Shown here piece by piece: positions 8,507 through 14,720 of a DNA stretch of 17,239 bases (within the stretch, counting starts at the first letter, position 1; each line of letters begins with the position of its first letter). The stretch covers positions 1 to 17,239 of the forward strand of contig JAGCPW010000088.1 of assembly GCA_017965495.1 (NCBI GenBank), given 5' to 3'. The translations under genes and the position numbers were made by a program. This DNA is from Eubacterium sp. GTDB taxonomy: Bacteria; Bacillota; Clostridia; Lachnospirales; Lachnospiraceae. The notes below the pieces were generated by a model. That model did not search any database and was not told the origin of the DNA. It saw only the letters and a program-made list of their open reading frames with translations.

Positions 8507-9574
8507 ATGAAGAAAATTATTAGTATGATTACCGCTATTGCACTAGCGCTTACTTTAGTTTTTGTGCCAGTAAATGCACAAGCGGCCACTGCCAAGAGTG
8601 CTTACATTACAGTGGAAAAATTAACTATTGGACAAGGACTCCTAGTTCAGCCTACAAAGGCTGAGATAAAAGATGGAGATACTCTCCAGACTGTTTTTGA
8701 GAAAGTAATGAAAGATGCTGGATATGAAACGGTGGTAGATACTCAATACGGATACTATCTAACAGGCATTAAGAATGCTGATTCAGGAAAGATTGATATT
8801 CCAAAAAAGATTTCAGATATGCCTGATTATGTGAGCAGTTATGAGTGGGAAGGTCAGACATTCTCTACTACATATGTAGCGCCATCTAATGAAAACAATG
8901 ATGGAAACTTAAGTGCTCCAGACTTAAACCAGTATGCGTACAATGCTATGTCAGGCTGGATGTTTATGGTAAACAATAAAGGCGCGGCAGAAGGCGCAGA
9001 TAAATTATTAGTAAATGACGGAGATGTCATTAGACTTCATTTCTCAGTTTTTGGCTGGGGCGATGATGTTGGAATTGGATTTAGTGATTCTAATTTGAAA
9101 CTTGCAAACAAGGACGAGTTAGTTAAAAAGATTGCAAATGTAAAAGATGATCAAACATTTATGAGCATAGCTGCTGCCAAGAAAGCATACGAAGACGGCG
9201 TGAAAGTACTTGAGAAATATGACGCTACAGATGCTGAAGTAGCAACTGCAGTTAGCGCTATTGCTAAGTACGAAAAGCCAGCAGAAGTAAAAGTGGCAAG
9301 AGCGTCTATTAAGAGCATCAAAAACATCAAAGGCAAAAAAGCAAAGATTACAGTTAAGAAGGTAACAGGTGCCACAGGATACGTATTCAAGTATTCAAAA
9401 TATAAGAGTTTTAAAAAAGCTTCAAAGAAGACTACAACTAAATTAACTATCAAAACTAAGAAGTTTAAGAAAAAACAAAAATGCTACGCCAAAGTTCAAG
9501 CATACAAAAAAGTGAACGGCATCAAACACTTTGGTAAGTGGAGCAAGGTTAAGAAAGTTAAAATTAAAAAATAA
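8507..9574 (+). CDS. Secreted DUF4430 (transcobalamin beta-domain-like) protein with a C-terminal Lys-rich Fn3-like domain
   Basis: 355-aa ORF. GGAGGAA RBS at 8494-8500. Type I signal peptide (..VNAQA|AT). DUF4430-type pattern: ITVEKL..IKDGDTL..VFEKV...SGWMFMVNN...LLVNDGDVIRLHF. The C-terminal ~95 aa (GKKAKITVKKVTGATGYVFKYS...YAKVQAYKKVNG...WSKVKKVKIKK) resemble the small Fn3-like module common in Clostridia. Confidence 0.6.
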   Translation: MKKIISMITAIALALTLVFVPVNAQAATAKSAYITVEKLTIGQGLLVQPTKAEIKDGDTLQTVFEKVMKDAGYETVVDTQYGYYLTGIKNADSGKIDIPKKISDMPDYVSSYEWEGQTFSTTYVAPSNENNDGNLSAPDLNQYAYNAMSGWMFMVNNKGAAEGADKLLVNDGDVIRLHFSVFGWGDDVGIGFSDSNLKLANKDELVKKIANVKDDQTFMSIAAAKKAYEDGVKVLEKYDATDAEVATAVSAIAKYEKPAEVKVARASIKSIKNIKGKKAKITVKKVTGATGYVFKYSKYKSFKKASKKTTTKLTIKTKKFKKKQKCYAKVQAYKKVNGIKHFGKWSKVKKVKIKK

Positions 9575-9583
9575 TAAGCAGTA

Positions 9584-10873
9584 ATGAAAAACAACATCAT
9601 TAAAAGATTATTTATAATATGTTTAGCGTTAACAGTAGTTCTTCCGGGGACTACTGTTAATGCTAATATTGTATTGTCGAAGAGTGAGACATCAAAATAC
9701 ATAAATGCAGTTGCTCAAAGACAATTAAGAGAAGTTAAAAATCCATCACATAGTTCGGCAGGGGGAGAGTGGACAGTGATGGGGCTTGCCAGAGCAGGCA
9801 AGATTACAAACAACTACAAAAACATTTACAAAAAGAACTTGAAAAAGACTTTGGATAATACAAATGGAGAGTTATCCAAGAATGCATTTACAGAATATTC
9901 CAGAACAGTAATCGCACTTACATCTATTGGCGAGAATCCATATAACTTCTATGGATACGATGTGATTAGTCCACTAGCAGAAGTGGACAATGTAATAAAG
10001 CAAGGAATGAATGGACTTGCTTACGCACTTATTGCACTAGAGTGTGGTGATTACGATAACGTTAGTCCAAGAGCTGGATATGATGGCAAAGTTGGCAACA
10101 TAGAAAAATATAAAAATTCGCTAGTTAGTTCAGCGCTACCAAATGGTGGCTGGGCACTTTTTGGAAAAAAGGCTGATGTAGATATGACAGCTATTGCTAT
10201 TCAGGCACTTGCTCCTTTTTATAAAGAGAGCAAAGTGAAAAAAGCGATAGACGAAGGGCTAGAGATAATATCCAAAAAACAAAAAGACACTGGCGGATTT
10301 GAAACAATGGGAAACGAAAACTGCGAGAGTTCATGCCAGGTGCTAACAGCAATGTCTTCGCTTAGAATTAGTGTTAAGGATAAAAGATTTGTCAAAAAGA
10401 ATCACACAGTTTTGGATTCGCTTATGAGCTATTACCACAATGGTTCGTTTAGGCATTTAAAAGGTGGAATGGCAAATCAGATGGCAACAGACCAAGCCCT
10501 ATACGCTTTGGTTGCATATAGAAATACGTTGGCAAATGACCCTCCACTTTTCAATATGAAAAAAGTGGCGATTAAGAAAAAGGCTAGAAAGCCTGCGTCA
10601 AAGAAAAATAAAACAAAATTTAAGAAATCAACAGTCGTTAAAAGCGATGATCAAATAAAGAAAGAAAAAGAAACAAAGAAAAGCAAAAAGAAAATAAGTA
10701 CTAATAAAAGCGAGCCTACTTCTGAAGTGAAAGCAGAAGAAACTACTAAACAAAATCAAAAAACTAAAGAAGATAAGGCTAGTCCTGTTTGGTTTTGGAT
10801 AGGATTGGCGGTAATAATGGCCGCAGGAATTGCGTTTACTATTTATAAAAAGGTAGGAAGAAAAGATGTTTAG
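9584..10873 (+). CDS. Surface-anchored prenyltransferase/squalene-oxidase-repeat-like (alpha/alpha-toroid) protein
   Basis: 429-aa ORF. Signal peptide (..TTVNA|N). Recurring toroid-repeat-like motifs AGGEW (aa 59-63), NGGW (187-190), TGGF (236-239) and NGSF (286-289). Lys-rich low-complexity linker at aa 325-400. C-terminal TM helix PVWFWIGLAVIMAAGIAFTIY followed by a basic tail. Confidence 0.6.
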   Translation: MKNNIIKRLFIICLALTVVLPGTTVNANIVLSKSETSKYINAVAQRQLREVKNPSHSSAGGEWTVMGLARAGKITNNYKNIYKKNLKKTLDNTNGELSKNAFTEYSRTVIALTSIGENPYNFYGYDVISPLAEVDNVIKQGMNGLAYALIALECGDYDNVSPRAGYDGKVGNIEKYKNSLVSSALPNGGWALFGKKADVDMTAIAIQALAPFYKESKVKKAIDEGLEIISKKQKDTGGFETMGNENCESSCQVLTAMSSLRISVKDKRFVKKNHTVLDSLMSYYHNGSFRHLKGGMANQMATDQALYALVAYRNTLANDPPLFNMKKVAIKKKARKPASKKNKTKFKKSTVVKSDDQIKKEKETKKSKKKISTNKSEPTSEVKAEETTKQNQKTKEDKASPVWFWIGLAVIMAAGIAFTIYKKVGRKDV

Positions 10874-11363
10874 AAACAATAGAGCAGCCAGAATAATTTT
10901 CCCACTTATCATCATTGCACTTTTAGTGGCAGTGATGGAGTTTGTGGACTTTAAAAAAGAAGAAAAGAAAGATGTCATTATTGGAAAGTGTAGTGTTTCA
11001 ATAGATTGTAAAACTGTGCTAAAAAATAGAGATACTTTGGAGATGGAACTAAGAGATAAAGTACCAAAAGATGGAGTTATCTTAAAAGAGACAAAAGTAG
11101 ATCTTCACAAGGGAGATACTGCATATGACATTCTATATAAAGTGACAAAAGATAAAAATATTTCTATGGAAAGTTCTGATACTGCAGGAAACAAGTATGT
11201 AAAAGGAATTGATAATTTCTACGAGTTTAGCTGTGGACCAGAATCGGGGTGGCTTTACCAGGTGAATGGCAAAAAACCTAACAAGAGTTCAAGTGAGTAT
11301 AAAGTAAAGAGAAACGATGTGATTGCATGGAAATTTACTTGCAAAAAGGGAGACGTGAAATAA
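10866..11363 (+). CDS. Membrane-anchored DUF4430 (transcobalamin beta-domain-like) protein
   Basis: 165-aa ORF overlapping the previous stop by 8 nt. N-terminal signal-anchor (RNNRAARIIFPLIIIALLVAVMEFV). Canonical DUF4430 pattern: SVSIDCKTVL..GVILKETKVDLHKGDTAYDIL...YVKGIDNFYEF..GPESGWLYQVNGKKPN..SSEYKVKRNDVIAWKFT. Confidence 0.7.
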   Translation: MFRNNRAARIIFPLIIIALLVAVMEFVDFKKEEKKDVIIGKCSVSIDCKTVLKNRDTLEMELRDKVPKDGVILKETKVDLHKGDTAYDILYKVTKDKNISMESSDTAGNKYVKGIDNFYEFSCGPESGWLYQVNGKKPNKSSSEYKVKRNDVIAWKFTCKKGDVK

Positions 11364-11367
11364 AACG

Positions 11368-12228
11368 ATGAAAGATGAGTTTGGGAGATTTCATCCCATA
11401 GCAAACTTAATATTTTTTATCGCGGTCATAGCATTCTCAACGTTTTGGATGCAGGCTGGAATGATAGCCGTGTCGTTTGTGTGCGCCACGGTTTATTATT
11501 TTATGCTCAAAAAAAGCGAGGGCATCAAATACTTTTTGACAGTTTGTGTGGCAATGCTTATTGCATCCATTGTAAATCCTCTATTTTCACACAGAGGAGA
11601 GACAATACTATTTAGACTTCCTACAGGAAATCCAGTGACGTTTGAGTCAATAATGTTTGGACTTTTGGCGGGCGTGATTTTGGGCGAAGTGCTTTTATGG
11701 TTTTCTATGTTTAACAATGTGATGGAGGACGACAAATGGACAGCTACTATAGGGAAAATTGCTCCAACCATTTCAATGATTATAACAATGGTGCTAAGGT
11801 TTGTTCCAAAATACACTAAATTCACAAAAAAGACTAGGGACATTCAAGTAGCCAATGGATTTGACAGTGGAAGAAAAATCAAAAATGGAATGCAAGTGTA
11901 TTCTATTACAGCCACATGGGCACTTGAGACATCCATAGACACTGCAGATTCTATGAAATCTAGAGGGTATGGAAAAACAAAGAGAACAAATTATCACAAT
12001 TATAAATTTGAGATAAGAGATTTGGTTTTTGTTTTGTGGGTGATAGCGCTTAGTGCACTTATTTTATACATGGCAAACGTAGATAAAATACACACATTCT
12101 TTTATCCAACGCTTAGGAATAAAGAATCAGTGATAGTTTTAGTGGCATATATCATTCTTTGCATAACACCAATATTAATTAACATATGGGAGACAATAAG
12201 ATGGCGTATATTGAGATCAAAGATTTAA
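11368..12228 (+). CDS. ecfT: ECF transporter transmembrane (T) component, CbiQ/EcfT family
   Basis: 286-aa polytopic ORF with the EcfT-type coupling-helix motif ...TADSMKSRGYG. It lies directly upstream of a double ABC ATPase and an S component. Confidence 0.75.
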   Translation: MKDEFGRFHPIANLIFFIAVIAFSTFWMQAGMIAVSFVCATVYYFMLKKSEGIKYFLTVCVAMLIASIVNPLFSHRGETILFRLPTGNPVTFESIMFGLLAGVILGEVLLWFSMFNNVMEDDKWTATIGKIAPTISMIITMVLRFVPKYTKFTKKTRDIQVANGFDSGRKIKNGMQVYSITATWALETSIDTADSMKSRGYGKTKRTNYHNYKFEIRDLVFVLWVIALSALILYMANVDKIHTFFYPTLRNKESVIVLVAYIILCITPILINIWETIRWRILRSKI

Positions 12229-13529
12229 AATTTAAATATCCACAAAGTGAAAGAGAGATTCTCTCCGGCATCAATTTAAGAGTTGAAAAAGGAGAGATTG
12301 TAGTAGTGTGCGGAAAAACAGGAAGTGGAAAGAGCACACTGCTTAGACTTTTGAAAAAAGAAATAGCTCCAGCGGGAGAAATGAGTGGAGAAATAAATTT
12401 TGACGCAGAAAAAATAGGATTTGTATTTCAAAATCCAGAGCATCAGATAGTGACAGACAAGGTGTATGGCGAACTTGCTTTTGCGCTTGAAAACGAGGGA
12501 GTGCCTACAGATGAGATTAAACTTCGAGTGGCAGAGATATCTGAATATTTTGGAATTACAGATTGGTATTTCAAAAAAGTAGATGAGCTTTCTGGTGGAC
12601 AAAAACAGATTTTAAATCTTGCATCAGCTATGGTGGCAAACCCGGAAGTATTAATATTGGATGAGCCAATTGCTATGCTAGATCCTATAGCAAAAGAATC
12701 TTTGCTTCACTTGCTTGGAAGAATCAACAGGGATTTTGAAACTACGATTATAATGGCAGAGCACGACGTTAAGAAAGTATCGTACTTAGCAGACAAGATT
12801 GTGGCAATAAAGGATGGAATGATCTCAGATGATGTAAGTGAATGGTTAAAGGAAGAAGTAATAGAGTCAAACTCAGAAGAGACAGAAAAGAATACATCAC
12901 TAGAGGGTAAGAATATTTGGTTTAGATATCATAAAAACGACCCAGATGTTTTGAGAGGGCTAAGTTTTAAAATAAGCGAGGGAGAAACATTTTGCATGTT
13001 AGGTGGTAACGGAACTGGAAAGACCACAGCATTACTCACCATAAGCAAAGTGTTAAAGTCCTACAGAGGAAAGGTAAAGACTGATAAAAAGATTGGATTA
13101 ATGCCTCAAGATGCTAAGCAATTGTTTTGCTGCGAGTCAGTGAGAGAAGAACTAGATAGCGTATACGAAGATGAAAAGAGCAAAAGTGAAATAATAAACA
13201 CCATGGGCTTGGAGCACTTACTAGAAATGCATCCTTACGATCTAAGTGGAGGAGAGCAGGAAAAATTAGGCATAGCAAAGGTGTTGTCAACTAATCCAGA
13301 TATCATTCTTCTGGATGAGCCTACAAAGGGATTAGATATTTTTCTCAAAAAAGATATAGCCCAATTGTTTGAAGGACTAAAGAAACAGGGAAAAACTATA
13401 GTAGTAGTTACACACGACATTGATTTTTGTAAGAGAGTGGCAGATAGATGTGGACTTTTTGCCCAGGGCGAGTTGATAGGAGTAAGTTCCACAAAGAAAT
13501 TCTTTAACAATATGAAGTTTTATAAGTAG
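12201..13529 (+). CDS. Fused ECF ATPase (EcfA-EcfA'-like tandem ABC domains)
   Basis: Domain 1: Walker A GKTGSGKST, Q-loop FQNP, signature LSGGQKQ, Walker B LILDEP, H-loop AEHD. Domain 2: GGNGTGKTT, LSGGEQEK, ILLDEPTKGLD, VTHD. I prefer the start at 12201 (MAYIEIKDL) because GGGAGA at 12188-12193 sits 7 nt upstream. The ORF track's ATG at 12186 has no RBS. Confidence 0.85.
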   Translation: MAYIEIKDLKFKYPQSEREILSGINLRVEKGEIVVVCGKTGSGKSTLLRLLKKEIAPAGEMSGEINFDAEKIGFVFQNPEHQIVTDKVYGELAFALENEGVPTDEIKLRVAEISEYFGITDWYFKKVDELSGGQKQILNLASAMVANPEVLILDEPIAMLDPIAKESLLHLLGRINRDFETTIIMAEHDVKKVSYLADKIVAIKDGMISDDVSEWLKEEVIESNSEETEKNTSLEGKNIWFRYHKNDPDVLRGLSFKISEGETFCMLGGNGTGKTTALLTISKVLKSYRGKVKTDKKIGLMPQDAKQLFCCESVREELDSVYEDEKSKSEIINTMGLEHLLEMHPYDLSGGEQEKLGIAKVLSTNPDIILLDEPTKGLDIFLKKDIAQLFEGLKKQGKTIVVVTHDIDFCKRVADRCGLFAQGELIGVSSTKKFFNNMKFYK

Positions 13530-13534
13530 GAAAG

Positions 13535-14197
13535 ATGAGAAGTTTTACAGGAAACGAACTAAATAGCATGTTTGGCGACAGACTGTATTTGATAGTGTCG
13601 GTGGCATTAATTGTACTAGCCATCGTAGTTTTCGTGCGCAGTTTTGAGAAAAAGAAGCCTGGCACAAAGGACGTGGTTATGCTTTCAGTAATGGTGAGTT
13701 TGGCTGTGGTGGGTAGACTTGTATTTTTTATGATTCCTCAGTTTAAACCGTGCGCAGCAATCATAATCATCACCGGAATAATGCTTGGAAAACAATCAGG
13801 TTTTTTGTGTGGAGTACTTACGGCATTCATCTCTGATTTGTTCTTTGGAATGGGACCTTGGACTGTTTGGCAGATGATAGCCTTTGGAATAATAGGTGTG
13901 TTATCAGCACTAATATTTAGCGAAGAGCGCATAGAAAAAATGGGAGACTTCGGCAAACTAATGCTTTGCATATATGGTTTTATCGTGACATTCTTTGTCT
14001 ACGGAATAATAATGGACACTGCTACAGTGTTTATGATAACGGACAAGCCAAAGGTAGCCACATTTGTAGCAACATACTCTGCCGGAATAGTGTTCAATAT
14101 GATTCACGGAATTTCGACATTTGTCTTCCTATATTTAATGGCAAATCCGCTCAGCAAAAAAATAAAAAGAGTTTTGATTAAATACAATAATAGATAG
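13535..14197 (+). CDS. ECF transporter substrate-specific (S) component, candidate cobalamin/corrinoid-specific (CbrT-like by context)
   Basis: 220-aa very hydrophobic ORF with 6-7 predicted TM helices and an AGGAAAG RBS. It is the last gene of the riboswitch-controlled ECF operon. Substrate assignment rests on context only. Confidence 0.65.
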   Translation: MRSFTGNELNSMFGDRLYLIVSVALIVLAIVVFVRSFEKKKPGTKDVVMLSVMVSLAVVGRLVFFMIPQFKPCAAIIIITGIMLGKQSGFLCGVLTAFISDLFFGMGPWTVWQMIAFGIIGVLSALIFSEERIEKMGDFGKLMLCIYGFIVTFFVYGIIMDTATVFMITDKPKVATFVATYSAGIVFNMIHGISTFVFLYLMANPLSKKIKRVLIKYNNR

Positions 14198-14341
14198 TCG
14201 ATTTGCGATATTTCTATAAACATAGAATGTTATACATTCCGCGTCCAAACACAAGGGCTTTATAATGGAAAAGCCTTTGTATATACGACTAATCTAAAGA
14301 GGGGAAGAGATAGGTTTTATATTAAAAGGCGGCAACCCAAT

Positions 14342-14376
14342 GCGGACCAAATATAAGTTTGGTCCGTTTTATTTTT
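14342..14376 (+). terminator. Rho-independent terminator closing the B12 operon transcript
   Basis: 9-bp stem CGGACCAAA (14343-14351) / TTTGGTCCG (14358-14366) with loop TATAAG, followed by TTTTATTTTT. Confidence 0.85.
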
Positions 14377-14387
14377 CCCCTAAAATA

Positions 14388-14396
14388 TGGTAAAAT
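14388..14396 (+). promoter_or_regulatory. Candidate extended -10 element (TGgTAAAAT) for the HPr-like/metG transcript
   Basis: TGGTAAAAT at 14388-14396 lies just after the terminator and 36 nt upstream of the ATG at 14432. There is no convincing -35. Confidence 0.35.
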
Positions 14397-14431
14397 TGTC
14401 TCTAGAAATACGCGTAATCAAGGAGGTTACT

Positions 14432-14695
14432 ATGGTACATAAAACTATTACTATTGATGTAGCAGAGGGAATAAAACTTCATGAAGCGGCTAATATTGCA
14501 AGAGAAATGGAAAATATGGACTGCACATGCGAGCTAATTTATGGCGATAAAAGACTTAATGCAAAAAGCCAGATTAGTATTATTTCTGCTGGCATCAAAA
14601 AAGGTGCAGAAGTAACTTTTGAGTGCGACGGTGATGATGAAGAAAAAGCCCTAGCTAAGCTTGTAGAGATGGCTAGCGAGGGATTTAAAGCATAA
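14432..14695 (+). CDS. HPr-family (Crh-like) protein with Lys in place of the catalytic His15
   Basis: 87 aa from the ATG at 14432, which is preceded by AAGGAGG (14420-14426). The ORF-track start at 14387 has no RBS. The sequence aligns without gaps to B. subtilis HPr as I recall it: G13-I14 are conserved, His15 becomes Lys, Arg17 becomes His, and K45-S46 (the HprK site) are conserved. Confidence 0.75.
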   Translation: MVHKTITIDVAEGIKLHEAANIAREMENMDCTCELIYGDKRLNAKSQISIISAGIKKGAEVTFECDGDDEEKALAKLVEMASEGFKA

Positions 14696-14720
14696 AAAAT
14701 AGGAGAGACAGGAGACAATA

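Noticed and set aside
10556-10790. A purine/A-rich low-complexity DNA tract, considered as a possible repeat element or slippage-prone sequence.
   Set aside because: It is in frame and encodes a Lys/Glu/Thr-rich linker of the toroid protein. I saw no exact tandem-repeat unit, so it is better explained as a disordered spacer.
12186-12200. The ATG at 12186 as the start of the fused ATPase.
   Set aside because: GGGAGA (12188-12193) overlaps this ATG and is correctly spaced for the ATG at 12201. The MAYIEIKDLKF N-terminus is typical of ABC ATPases. The choice remains unproven.
13966-14181. A 71-aa + strand ORF in an alternative frame inside the S-component gene.
   Set aside because: It is fully embedded in the hydrophobic S-component ORF, which has an RBS and operon logic. 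The alternative frame has no RBS and an implausible composition.
14290-14340. Possible SAM-I riboswitch or T-box leader upstream of the HPr-like/metG genes, prompted by AAAGAGGGG...GGCGGCAACCC.
   Set aside because: Only the short GGCAACC-like string resembles SAM-I. The GGAGGGA/GGCCC/AAGGTGCTAA elements are missing, as are the T-box specifier and T-box sequence. The segment also lies upstream of a strong terminator that belongs to the preceding operon.
14387-14431. The upstream ATG at 14387 as the start of the HPr-like gene (102-aa version).
   Set aside because: No Shine-Dalgarno precedes 14387, and that ATG overlaps the candidate -10 element. The ATG at 14432 has a perfect AAGGAGG 5 nt upstream and gives an 87-aa protein, close to the 88-aa B. 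subtilis HPr, to which it aligns from residue 1.
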